In this document: positions 8,306-17,123 of the stretch, piece by piece | Layout: each line of letters starts with the position of its first letter | How positions within the stretch are numbered: position 1 is the stretch's first letter | Virus record (IMG/VR): IMGVR_UViG_3300033512_000145 | Location: 1-48,809 of that record | From: a virus | Taxonomy: Duplodnaviria; Caudoviricetes | Length of the DNA: 48,809 nt | Strand: one strand, 5' to 3' | Notes under the pieces: model-generated | What the model was told of the DNA's origin: nothing | Seen by the model: only the letters and a program-made list of their open reading frames with translations | Database searches by the model: none | Translations under genes and position numbers: made by a program

Positions 8306-10677
8306 TGGAAGAATTAATATTAAGGCCAATTCAGGAAGAAATGGTTAACCAAGTTAGGAACGCTTTCAGAAAATCAAAGCGGGTTATCCTCAAGGCCGCA
8401 ACATCGGCCGGGAAAACGGCCATAGCTGCAAAGATTTTTCAGAATGCTGTAAGCCGGGGGAAAAGGTGTCTATTTATTGCCGATAGGATTGTCCTTGTGT
8501 TGCAAACTTCTGATGAATTTAACAGATGGGGCTTAAGACACGGGATAATCATGGGAGATCATCCTGAATATTATCCAGATAGGCAAGTTCAGGTTGCCAG
8601 CGCTGCCACGTTGTTGAATAGAAGAGTAGATCAGTTCGACATAATTCTTCAGGATGAGTGCTTTGATGGAGACACTTTAATATCAACGCCGGGCGGATTT
8701 AAAAAAATAAGTCTTGTAAAAAAAGGTGACGTAGTTTATAATGCTTGTGAATTTGGTGTAGTTTATGGTGTAAGTAAATCATTTAAGCAAACATTAAGGA
8801 TGAGGTTATCAAATGGAAAAGAAATTAGATGTACTGGAGACCACCCGTTTTTCACAGTTAGTGGATGGAAAAAAGCCAAAGAGTTGGGCAGGGGAGAGAG
8901 GTTATTTAGCAAGGAAGACGTGTCCGATTTGTGGACAAGAGTACCATCCGAGAATGGAAATACGTTCAGATGGTTCAAAAAAAATAGTGGAAGACGAAGC
9001 GACATGGAACAAGAGCATAACATGCTCAAGGTCTTGCACAATGAAATGGAAGAACCCTTGGCACAACAAAGATATTGTAGCGAAAAGTGTGAGAAAGAGA
9101 GCGGAAAACAAAACGAACAAAATAAAAAACAGGGGTGGGAATGGTCATGTTACGGCATCACAGCAAAAGCTATGCGATGTGCTTGGAGCTGGTTGGGAAA
9201 TGGAAGTTATTCAAAAAACGAAGATAACAGAAATAAACGGGATACCAATTCCAAAGCATTACAAAATAGATGTGGGCAACAAAGAGAAAATGATAGCCAT
9301 AGAAGTGGACGGGAAATCACATCGTTCTTCAGACAGGCAAGATCAAGATGCCAGAAAAACAAAAGTTTTGACTCAATTAGGGTGGAAAGTATTGAGATTG
9401 ACAAACCAGGAATCGGCTGTGATGTGTATAATCTCAAAGTATCACGACATCCTTCCTATTATGCTGGAGGAGTTTTAGTGCATAATTGTCACACAATATG
9501 CAAGGGGGCCATAAAGGCCTTTGATGCAAACCCAAACGCTTATATATTAGGGCTTACCGCTTCACCTTATTCTAAGGGACTTGGCAAGATATTTGATTTT
9601 TACATTGAACCTTTTTCAGTCAAACATTTAATTCAAAAAGGGTTGCTTTGTGGATATGATGTTTATGGCCCTGCGCCGATTGATTTAACAGGAGTCAGAA
9701 CGACCGCAGGAGAATACAACCAAGATGACTTAGCGGTAGCTGTTGATAAGCCTGGGCTTACTGCCGATATAATCCAATCTTATTTAAAGTTTGCAAAAGG
9801 CAAAAAGGCTATTTGCTTTTCAACCAATGTTGCACACGGTCGGGCATTAGAAAAAGAATTTAACAGGCATGGCATATCAGCAAAAGAAATTAATGCCTAC
9901 CAACCAAAAGAAGGCCCTGAATCAGCAAAAGAAATCATAGAAGAGTTCAGAAATAATAAATTCAAAGTTTTAATTTCTGTTTCAATAATTATCAAGGGGT
10001 TTTCTGTTTCAGACGTTGAATGTGTATCCTTGGCTATGGCCACAAAATCAATTATAAAGCTTACCCAATGCCTTGGCCGTGGGCTTAGGTTGCACTCTGG
10101 CAAAGAGAAGTGCATAGTGTTGGATCACGGGACGAATTTTGAGCGTTTGGGATGGCCGGATGACTTCCAGTTTGATGAACTTGACGATGGTAAGCACGCT
10201 GAATCAAAAAACAAGAAGCAAGATCGTCCTGAAAAATTACCAAAATTATGTGTGTCATGTAATTTTCTAAAGCCTGCCGGGTTTCAAACCTGCCCGGCGT
10301 GTAAATTCACCCCAAAGTTTATTCAAGACGTTGAAGTATCAGAAGGAACTCTTCAGAAATTGCAAAGGAAAGCAAAAAGCGAGTTTACTTTACAGGAAAA
10401 GCAGTCATTTTTGGCCCAGTTGAATCAATATTGCCAAGATAAGGGTTATAAAACAGGTGGTCATGGTTGCTTTGGATATGCTATCAGGACTTTTAAAGAT
10501 CGGTTCGGAGTGATACCGAGCAACAAGATATCTTGGAGCAAGCGGGAGCCGGTAAGTATTGAAACACGGAAATATATCCAGCACATAAACATTAAAAATA
10601 ATTATAAGAGGAAACAAAATGAGGTTATTCAGCAACCAAAGGCGCCGGTGGCCGGATTAGAAAAGGAGGGTAAATAA
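8305..10677 (+). CDS. SF2 DExH helicase with C-terminal Zn ribbon, interrupted by an intein
   Basis: Walker A ATSAGKT; DE|CH split by intein; GLTASP; QCLGRGLR; CVSC...CPAC. Confidence 0.93.
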   Translation: MEELILRPIQEEMVNQVRNAFRKSKRVILKAATSAGKTAIAAKIFQNAVSRGKRCLFIADRIVLVLQTSDEFNRWGLRHGIIMGDHPEYYPDRQVQVASAATLLNRRVDQFDIILQDECFDGDTLISTPGGFKKISLVKKGDVVYNACEFGVVYGVSKSFKQTLRMRLSNGKEIRCTGDHPFFTVSGWKKAKELGRGERLFSKEDVSDLWTRVPSENGNTFRWFKKNSGRRSDMEQEHNMLKVLHNEMEEPLAQQRYCSEKCEKESGKQNEQNKKQGWEWSCYGITAKAMRCAWSWLGNGSYSKNEDNRNKRDTNSKALQNRCGQQRENDSHRSGREITSFFRQARSRCQKNKSFDSIRVESIEIDKPGIGCDVYNLKVSRHPSYYAGGVLVHNCHTICKGAIKAFDANPNAYILGLTASPYSKGLGKIFDFYIEPFSVKHLIQKGLLCGYDVYGPAPIDLTGVRTTAGEYNQDDLAVAVDKPGLTADIIQSYLKFAKGKKAICFSTNVAHGRALEKEFNRHGISAKEINAYQPKEGPESAKEIIEEFRNNKFKVLISVSIIIKGFSVSDVECVSLAMATKSIIKLTQCLGRGLRLHSGKEKCIVLDHGTNFERLGWPDDFQFDELDDGKHAESKNKKQDRPEKLPKLCVSCNFLKPAGFQTCPACKFTPKFIQDVEVSEGTLQKLQRKAKSEFTLQEKQSFLAQLNQYCQDKGYKTGGHGCFGYAIRTFKDRFGVIPSNKISWSKREPVSIETRKYIQHINIKNNYKRKQNEVIQQPKAPVAGLEKEGK
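8659..9486 (+). mobile_element. Intein (276 aa) inserted in helicase motif II
   Basis: Starts CFDGDTLI, block B CTGDHPFF, block F VYNLKV, ends VLVHN followed by Cys+1; removal restores DECH. Confidence 0.95.
8813..9478 (+). CDS. Vsr/DUF559-like (EDxHD-type) endonuclease in the +1 frame, nested in the intein
   Basis: CPICG...CSRSC Zn motif; YKIDVG...IAIEVDGKSH...QDARKTKVLTQLGWKVLRLTN; own SD (aggatgaggt) before ATG 8813. Confidence 0.85.
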   Translation: MEKKLDVLETTRFSQLVDGKKPKSWAGERGYLARKTCPICGQEYHPRMEIRSDGSKKIVEDEATWNKSITCSRSCTMKWKNPWHNKDIVAKSVRKRAENKTNKIKNRGGNGHVTASQQKLCDVLGAGWEMEVIQKTKITEINGIPIPKHYKIDVGNKEKMIAIEVDGKSHRSSDRQDQDARKTKVLTQLGWKVLRLTNQESAVMCIISKYHDILPIMLEEF

Positions 10678-11000
10678 TGAAGCTCGGTATCTCGATCAAG
10701 GTCGACGTAACGAAAATTGACAAGAGCCGGATTTTTGAAGGTCAGAAGGGAAAATATCTTGACTTGACAACATTCATTGATACCGAAAAAGAAGACAACT
10801 ATGGTAATCATGGTTTCATATCTCAATCGGTGACAAAACAGGAAAAAGATGACGGGGTTAAAACTCAGATCCTGGGGAATTGCAAGATTTTCTATGGTTT
10901 GCAGCCTGGGAATAAGCCTGACCAGGGCAGGAGGCCGGAGCAGAGACGGGAGGGACCGCCGCCGATGCCGGATGATGACAGCGATTCAATCCCCTTTTAA
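10677..11000 (+). CDS. Putative single-stranded DNA-binding protein
   Basis: Compact beta-rich domain with acidic tail DDDSDSIPF, directly after the helicase. Confidence 0.7.
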   Translation: MKLGISIKVDVTKIDKSRIFEGQKGKYLDLTTFIDTEKEDNYGNHGFISQSVTKQEKDDGVKTQILGNCKIFYGLQPGNKPDQGRRPEQRREGPPPMPDDDSDSIPF

Positions 11001-11119
11001 AATTTGAGTTTTTGGCATACCACAAACGGGGTAAGTAGGTTGCTATCAATTAACATCCAAAAGCCCCTTAAACACAAAATTTAGGCCATAGAATGGCAAG
11101 TTTAAGCAAAGGATCAGAC

Positions 11120-11668
11120 ATGGACAGTATCGAAGTTTTGGAACAGAAGGTTATTCAGTGGGCCAAGGACAGAAATATTTTTTCAGAGTCAACCTCGGAA
11201 ACCAGACTCAAAAAATTTGACGAAGAGGCTCAAGAGTTTAGAGATGCCCTGCTTTTCGAAGGGCTTGATCAAATTAAAATGGAGGCAGGCGACGTGCTGG
11301 TGACTTTGGAAAATATCATCCATCCCCTGGGCCTGGATTTTTATATGTGCCTGAGTGCGGCATACGAGAAAATCAAGGACAGGACAGGCAAGATGGAAAA
11401 CGGGACTTTTGTCAAGGATACGCCGGAAGATATTGGACAAACCGGACCCGGATGGCAGGGGGAAAAAAAGGCCGGAAACATCAATTTGAAATTCGTGGAC
11501 CAGGCCACAATCAAAACCCCGGAAAAAATGGCTGAACTGCATTGGAATTATATCAAATCGCTTTTGGTTGCTCATGGATTTGATGCGGATGACAACCTGG
11601 AACTGATAGGATTTCATTACCAAACGGCGTTTATTCACGGGTTTAAACATGGGGTGGAATCGATATGA
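11120..11668 (+). CDS. MazG-like NTP pyrophosphohydrolase with C-terminal extension
   Basis: QWAKDRNI...EE..E...EAGDVLVTL...AYEKIKDRTGKMENGTFVKD. Confidence 0.85.
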   Translation: MDSIEVLEQKVIQWAKDRNIFSESTSETRLKKFDEEAQEFRDALLFEGLDQIKMEAGDVLVTLENIIHPLGLDFYMCLSAAYEKIKDRTGKMENGTFVKDTPEDIGQTGPGWQGEKKAGNINLKFVDQATIKTPEKMAELHWNYIKSLLVAHGFDADDNLELIGFHYQTAFIHGFKHGVESI

Positions 11669-12033
11669 CCCCTATGCAACGGACCCTTGAAGTTATCAAA
11701 AAAGACGGGTTGAAATATTGGATTACAGAACACTGGAACCAATATAGCCGTAAGCGTCAAGACCTTTTTAACATCATCGACGTGCTGGTGTTGGACTGTG
11801 GGATGGTGGGTTTTCAGGTCTGCGGATCTGACATGGCTTCACACAAAAAAAAGCTTCTGGAAGATGAAAAAGAAAATACATTTGCGTGGTTGTCTCAACC
11901 AGGGGCAAGGCTTGAGGTTTGGGGATGGCGTAAGCTCAAGAAAAAGCGTGGCATGAAGGCTACAGAATGGAAACCACGGATAGCAGATATCTTAATCGTA
12001 AATGGTGAATTGTATTGGGAGGAACGGTCATAA
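11665..12033 (+). CDS. PD-(D/E)xK nuclease, possible Holliday-junction resolvase
   Basis: TPMQRTL...EHWN...RQDLFNIIDVL...FQV...EVWGWRK. Confidence 0.65.
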   Translation: MTPMQRTLEVIKKDGLKYWITEHWNQYSRKRQDLFNIIDVLVLDCGMVGFQVCGSDMASHKKKLLEDEKENTFAWLSQPGARLEVWGWRKLKKKRGMKATEWKPRIADILIVNGELYWEERS

Positions 12034-12202
12034 TGTCAACCGAAACATTCAGCGATATCAGAGAGGTTATTATAAAAATAGCGGAAGAAAATAAACAGAT
12101 GCGGGAGGCTCTGGAATACTACGCTGATAAAGATCAATGGAAAAATATTGCAATGTTGGACCGGGGCGATTCTGCTCGTAAGGTTTTAGGAATGGTGGTG
12201 GA

Positions 12203-12667
12203 GTGATGAAACCAATTTATTATATTTGTGCCTGTGGGTGCAAAGTACCACAAAAAAAGATTAAAAAGTTTCAAAAAATGGTAGATTCTCAGAGGTTTTG
12301 CCAGTTGAGATGCCCGAAACATTTTGACTCCATCCTTGGCCGGGCAGAAGAATATATTTTTAAATGTCAACGGCCAGAGTGCGGAAAAATGTTTTCCGCT
12401 GGGATAGGTGCTAAATACTGCGATGAGTGCAAACCGATAGCAGAAAAAGAAAAACGGGCGATAGCAAACCAAGAATACTATAACAACAATCCTGATAAAT
12501 TTCATAAAGTTAAAAATTCCCCGCCGCCTGACGGATTTGAAACTGATATAAATTGCCATTGGTTCGGGAATGTTTGCGGATCTGTTTGTATCAGTGGGAA
12601 TGTTCATTGTAGTATGAGAAGGGGATATGATTTGCCGGTGGATAGGGATGATGAGGTGGCGGCGTGA
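12203..12667 (+). CDS. Cys-rich Zn-binding hypothetical protein
   Basis: CACGC, CQRPECG, YCDEC. Confidence 0.6.
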   Translation: MMKPIYYICACGCKVPQKKIKKFQKMVDSQRFCQLRCPKHFDSILGRAEEYIFKCQRPECGKMFSAGIGAKYCDECKPIAEKEKRAIANQEYYNNNPDKFHKVKNSPPPDGFETDINCHWFGNVCGSVCISGNVHCSMRRGYDLPVDRDDEVAA

Positions 12668-12722
12668 AAAAATGTCTATTATGCGGGTCTGAAACTTTTT
12701 AAAAATAAAAAAGGAGATAGAA

Positions 12723-12992
12723 ATGAAAGAACCGCAGGAAGATAAATACTGGTATGCAGGGGAGTGTGGTCCGGGAAGTCAGTATCCAACAGGGGAAACT
12801 TTTTCAGTCGGGATTTTTAAATGGGTGAAAAAAACATCCGGGAAGGGGTTTAAAAAATCAGCCGTGGTTTACAGGGTTAAGGGCATAACCAACAAACCAG
12901 AAAGAGTTTATAACCGGGCTGAAGAGGTTTGTAAAATGATGGATGCCTGCATTTGGACAAAAAAAGAGAAATCGGAGACGGTTAGGGGGTAG
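12723..12992 (+). CDS. Hypothetical protein
   Basis: aaggag RBS; last long rightward ORF before the terminator. Confidence 0.65.
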   Translation: MKEPQEDKYWYAGECGPGSQYPTGETFSVGIFKWVKKTSGKGFKKSAVVYRVKGITNKPERVYNRAEEVCKMMDACIWTKKEKSETVRG

Positions 12993-13075
12993 ATAATGCA
13001 AGAGTTTGGGAAATTAAACCGGAATTATTTTGAAAATATATAACATCATCCCAAATATTTTTAATACCAGTGGAA

Positions 13076-13102
13076 TAAAAAAGCCCGGTTTTTACGCCGG
13101 GC
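13076..13102 (-). terminator. Intrinsic terminator between convergent operons
   Basis: gcccgg...ccgggc stem with an A-run on + (U-tail on the minus strand). Confidence 0.7.
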
Positions 13103-13108
13103 CTATTC

Positions 13109-13243
13109 CTAAAATTTATATCTGGTTCTGTTGGCCTTCTCTCGCTCCTTCTTCCTGCCCCACATGACCATAACCCAGAGCATTAGCAGCCAAATAAAAA
13201 ACTCACCAGGAATGCCGTCAATAAGTGCGTAAAATTCTTGCAT
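13109..13243 (-). CDS. Small single-TM membrane peptide (44 aa)
   Basis: Not in ORF track; aggagg RBS; MQEFYALIDGIPGEFFIWLLMLWVMVMWGRKKEREKANRTRYKF. Confidence 0.65.
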   Translation of the reverse strand: MQEFYALIDGIPGEFFIWLLMLWVMVMWGRKKEREKANRTRYKF

Positions 13244-13244
13244 T

Positions 13245-13367
13245 TTAATCCTCCTGTTTATGATTGCGCCTGTATTCTGCCAAGGCCGCTATGATAACCC
13301 CGGGCCAGTTTCTTTGAGACTTTAACCACGCCCACATTCCGGGAGGGAGTTCTATTTCTATTTTCAT
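13245..13367 (-). CDS. Small ribbon-helix-helix-like protein (40 aa)
   Basis: Not in ORF track; MKIEIELPPGMWAWLKSQRNWPGVIIAALAEYRRNHKQED shows strand-helix-helix pattern. Confidence 0.45.
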   Translation of the reverse strand: MKIEIELPPGMWAWLKSQRNWPGVIIAALAEYRRNHKQED

Positions 13368-13379
13368 TTTTTCCATCCA

Positions 13380-13571
13380 TTAAGATTCGAGGTAAAAATT
13401 TATGGTTTCTTGTAGGTGAGTTGTTGTTAAATCAAGCATCTTTGCAAGCTTTTTAAGCCCGGATCGATTCGGTTCCCATGCGTAACCATTGATCCGGACA
13501 TATTCAAGCCAGTATCCTTTCCCAAGGTAAAATTTTTCCGTGTCTGTTTGAGTCATATTAAGTCCTTTCAA
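13380..13571 (-). CDS. Hypothetical protein
   Basis: ORF in the leftward operon with RBS. Confidence 0.6.
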   Translation of the reverse strand: MKGLNMTQTDTEKFYLGKGYWLEYVRINGYAWEPNRSGLKKLAKMLDLTTTHLQETINFYLES

Positions 13572-13678
13572 ATTTTGAGGTTTTAATCAAAAAGTCATAT
13601 ACTTTACCCCGTCAAAAACTTAACAAGCTGGGGTTGAAATTGATGTTTTCATAAATTTATCGACCATGCCCCACAAGG

Positions 13679-15487
13679 TCAAATTTTATCGACCGTATGG
13701 GGCTTGATGGCCTGGTTATCCCTCATCATCATGGCAGTGTTGACCATGGTTCCGGCATTTTTGAACGTGCCTTCCGGCAAATCCTCCCAGTATGCGGCCA
13801 GGGGTTTCAGTTCTTTTTGTTGCCTGGGGCCGTTCGCACAGAGGGCGACCAAACGTCCGCCGGGCTTTAAAAAGGTCAAGGCGTGTTTGATATGCAGGAT
13901 ATCAGATCCGTTTTCAAAGGGGGGATTCATGATTATTTTGTCAAACTTTCCGCCCAATTCAAAGAGGGTCTTTTCCAGAAAATCCCCACAAATAACCGGC
14001 TTATGATATTTTGAGGCCAGCACATCAACCAAGGATAGATTTTTTTCCACTATTTCAATCCAGCAATCAACATTCAGTCCAAGTATGGTGTCAATGATAT
14101 TCCCGGTCCCGGCGCTCGGTTCAAGCACTCGATCACCCGGATTTATCTCGGCAAAATTGACCATCCTTTCGGCAAGATCTGGCGGCGTGGGGAAAAGCTG
14201 GGGAACCGCTACGGTTTTGATGCCGGTTCTCAGGGTTTCTTTCATGGCTTCAATATTCTGTTTGATTTCCGGCTCAGGATTTTTATCAACCGTAGGGGCT
14301 TCCGTCGCTGGAATTTTATTGACCGTAGGGGTATTGATGACTAGTTCGGGCTTGTCATGGACCTTGCTATCGGTCAGGAATACGCAAACGTCTTTCCGGC
14401 CATATTCTTGACCTGCTATCCGGGTGATAGCAATCCGGACCCTGTGGGAGTTCTCAACCGTCTCGGTCCCCCTGTAATCATCATAAATCCGGGAATATTG
14501 TTCTTTGGTCATTTCCACTTGATCAAATCTTTTCATTTCCCCCCGGTGCCATTTATCAGGGATCATGATAAATCCTTCAGGTGCCTTGTAATTTAAAAGC
14601 GGCAACTGTTTAGGCCTGGCTTTTGGTTTAATCAGATCCCCGGCGCCCTGTTCGTCAAGCATGGCCTTTTCATATATCAGGCGGTTTTCGGCATGTTCAA
14701 TCCATCTTTTATTTGCCTGTTCGATTTTTGGAAGGCGGGATACCTGTATCCAGCATCCACCCCTGGAAGCACCACAAAAAACATGGGGAACCTCTGTTTT
14801 TGCTTCTGGATGGACCTTGCAAAAAGTTTCCCGGCAAATCGGGCAGGACCAGGGCTGTTGATTTATGATCTGGTCCGGATTTTTGGGCGTGTATTCTGCT
14901 TTTAGTTTCCTGATTTCAGCCTCAATGGTTTTAATCCGCCGGGCTCTGACCGCCGGGAGTTCTTTATATTTTGCGTGTTGCAGGGCTCCGGCGGCTCTCT
15001 GTTTCCAATATTCGGAAGTATCCCACAATCTGATAGCTTTCCTCATGCCATTTTCGATCTGTTCGGCGTGTTTCCGGGCGTGTCTCTCTGAATGATGCCC
15101 ACATAAAATAGGCTGACCCAAGGGGATACCGTCGCAAAGGTCTTGAACATTTTTATGAACCATACCAGCTTCCATGGCCCGTTTTTCCTGATATCCTTCA
15201 AACCTTTCGGCCCGATCCGCTGCCCGGTCAACCAGGCTTGTATCTTCGTCCTCAATCTCTCCGGCCATTTCAAGGGCCAGGTCTTCCCGGTCCGGGGTCC
15301 AGGATGGAGCAAAAAAGATTCCCTGTTTTGGAGCCCATGCAAAACCGGCGGCTTTGACTTTGGCGTATTCTTCTTTATCCAGGCGATAAGCTGGATAGAT
15401 TCTAATTTTGTTGTCTTCCGGGCTGAAAGTGGCCCGGTGCTGGTATTCTGTTTCTGTTTCAATTGTATTTACAAGTGCTGTCTCCAT
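13679..15487 (-). CDS. DUF3560-domain protein fused to an amino (N6A-type) methyltransferase
   Basis: IPLGQPILCGHHSERHAR (DUF3560); QLFPTP, VLEPSAGTG, IIMNPPF. Confidence 0.9.
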   Translation of the reverse strand: METALVNTIETETEYQHRATFSPEDNKIRIYPAYRLDKEEYAKVKAAGFAWAPKQGIFFAPSWTPDREDLALEMAGEIEDEDTSLVDRAADRAERFEGYQEKRAMEAGMVHKNVQDLCDGIPLGQPILCGHHSERHARKHAEQIENGMRKAIRLWDTSEYWKQRAAGALQHAKYKELPAVRARRIKTIEAEIRKLKAEYTPKNPDQIINQQPWSCPICRETFCKVHPEAKTEVPHVFCGASRGGCWIQVSRLPKIEQANKRWIEHAENRLIYEKAMLDEQGAGDLIKPKARPKQLPLLNYKAPEGFIMIPDKWHRGEMKRFDQVEMTKEQYSRIYDDYRGTETVENSHRVRIAITRIAGQEYGRKDVCVFLTDSKVHDKPELVINTPTVNKIPATEAPTVDKNPEPEIKQNIEAMKETLRTGIKTVAVPQLFPTPPDLAERMVNFAEINPGDRVLEPSAGTGNIIDTILGLNVDCWIEIVEKNLSLVDVLASKYHKPVICGDFLEKTLFELGGKFDKIIMNPPFENGSDILHIKHALTFLKPGGRLVALCANGPRQQKELKPLAAYWEDLPEGTFKNAGTMVNTAMMMRDNQAIKPHTVDKI

Positions 15488-15493
15488 TATTAT

Positions 15494-15706
15494 TTATCCT
15501 TTAAATTCAATTTTTATGTTAAAATGTTCCTGATACCATTCAAGAAAGTCTATTTTTACGCCCACCATAAAAAGATACCCGGTTTCCCACAAATCATAAA
15601 CCAAGTATGGTGTTCCATTTTTGGGCTGAATTGTTCTTTCAATGCCTGTGATTTCCATTTTTCGTATCTCCTTATTCATGATTAATCGAATATCCTCAAT
15701 TCCCAT
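15494..15706 (-). CDS. Hypothetical protein
   Basis: Tightly packed leftward ORF. Confidence 0.55.
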   Translation of the reverse strand: MGIEDIRLIMNKEIRKMEITGIERTIQPKNGTPYLVYDLWETGYLFMVGVKIDFLEWYQEHFNIKIEFKG

Positions 15707-15927
15707 TTGCTATCGTCTTGATAAAGATAGCAGGGATGACCGCCGTTTTCTTTGATCTGTTCCGCCTTCAATTCCCTGGCCTTGACCATGGCCTCATCCT
15801 GATTATCAGCATACCATTTCCCGCCTATATTCCGGCCATCATAAAAAAGACCACAAGATAATTCATTCCCACCTATGATTATTCCCGTAACGTCGTCGTA
15901 TCCCCAGCGTGTCATTTCAGCTCCCAT
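15682..15927 (-). CDS. Hypothetical protein
   Basis: Tightly packed leftward ORF. Confidence 0.6.
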   Translation of the reverse strand: MGAEMTRWGYDDVTGIIIGGNELSCGLFYDGRNIGGKWYADNQDEAMVKARELKAEQIKENGGHPCYLYQDDSKWELRIFD

Positions 15928-16093
15928 TTCAATTTTTATTAACCGTATCCCATGCCATCAAATTTTATTAACCGTATGGGTATTTATCAAATTGCCTTGA
16001 CGTTCTTAATATTTCTTGCATCCGGATGGTTTTGAAGAATCCAGAGGCCTTCTTTTTCATCCGGCAGGCCATGAACCATACCGGATGAGGTGG

Positions 16094-16294
16094 TTATTTT
16101 ATATCGGTGTATATTTCTGTCAACCTTGCTTCAATTTCCGCGATATCCCCTACGTGACCATAGTTGATATCATCCGGGTTTATTTTGTCAGTGACGGCAT
16201 TGAGCTTTTTATAAATCTCTCTGACCATAAATTTTGAGCTTTCCAGCGTCGCTATGTATTCTGATAATGCTTTTTCATTTTCCATTTTATCCAT
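16094..16294 (-). CDS. Small helical hypothetical protein
   Basis: PDDINYGHVGD motif; aagga RBS. Confidence 0.7.
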   Translation of the reverse strand: MDKMENEKALSEYIATLESSKFMVREIYKKLNAVTDKINPDDINYGHVGDIAEIEARLTEIYTDIK

Positions 16295-16358
16295 CCTTTT
16301 TTTATCAACCGTCTGCCCTACGATTAAAAATTGTCAACCGTAGGGCATGAGGTCAGAT

Positions 16359-16856
16359 TTAAGCGGCTATTGATCTATTGTTTTCAGTTTCGACCGTTTC
16401 AGATCCGTGCATGATCCGGATGTCATCCATGCCAAAAGACTTTTTCGATCTTTTCCGGTAAACATCCTCATGATAGTACCAGGCTTTTTTATTCCCGGAA
16501 AACCGCATCCGGCAAGCCTTTAAAACGTCGGTATGGTTATAGGTCAACCCGGAAACCCATAGCCATGAGCCGATAATTTCAATTTTAACTCCGGTAAGGT
16601 TTTTCAGGGTATTTATTTTTTCCATCATGGTATCAGTTAAGGCTGTTTTCTTTTTAGATTCTCTGAGCTGTTCGCCGGTCCACCATGTTTCACATTTTTT
16701 CAGAAAATCATAAGCAGCATTCACGAGCTTCATTATTTCTTCATTCCCTCCTTTGTCCGGGTGATGTTTTAAACATGCTGCCCGGTACGCCTTTTTTAAA
16801 CCATCTTCTGTTTTTTCTTCTGGACAAAGTATGCTTAATGCCTGTATCATATCCAT
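16359..16856 (-). CDS. J-domain (DnaJ-like) protein with C-terminal alpha/beta domain
   Basis: LKKAYR...HHPDKGG...MKLVNAAY; IGSWLWVSG...KKAWY. Confidence 0.88.
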   Translation of the reverse strand: MDMIQALSILCPEEKTEDGLKKAYRAACLKHHPDKGGNEEIMKLVNAAYDFLKKCETWWTGEQLRESKKKTALTDTMMEKINTLKNLTGVKIEIIGSWLWVSGLTYNHTDVLKACRMRFSGNKKAWYYHEDVYRKRSKKSFGMDDIRIMHGSETVETENNRSIAA

Positions 16857-16925
16857 GATTTAAATTCCTTTCACTGGGGGTTTTTATCTGCCCGGCTCAT
16901 GTTAGCGCATGGCCGGGCTTTTTAT

Positions 16926-17123
16926 TTATCTGTTTTCTTTTTCGGTACTTTCAACGGCATTAATCATGGCATCAATATTTCTATGCAAAATAGCTGCCTT
17001 TTCGATTAATTCCATGATCATCAGATGTTCTATGGCATTTGCCTCATGGCCAGCGTATCTAAGATTGTCAAGGACTTGTCCGGCTAAAAATGAACTTGTT
17101 TTTAAAGCTTCAATGTTTTTCAT
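16926..17123 (-). CDS. Hypothetical protein
   Basis: aaggag RBS. Confidence 0.65.
   Translation of the reverse strand: MKNIEALKTSSFLAGQVLDNLRYAGHEANAIEHLMIMELIEKAAILHRNIDAMINAVESTEKENR

Larger units (their letters stand above)
13655..16347. repeat. Dispersed paired motif TTTTATYRACCGTA (8 copies in 4 pairs)
   Basis: Copies at 13655/13684, 14281/14314, 15934/15963, 16300/16329. Confidence 0.8.

Noticed and set aside
13655-16347. Paired motifs as DnaA boxes, integron attC sites or -35 elements
   Set aside because: They deviate from TTATCCACA, lack RYYYAAC/GTTRRRY ends, there is no integrase, and no -10 lies at the correct spacing.
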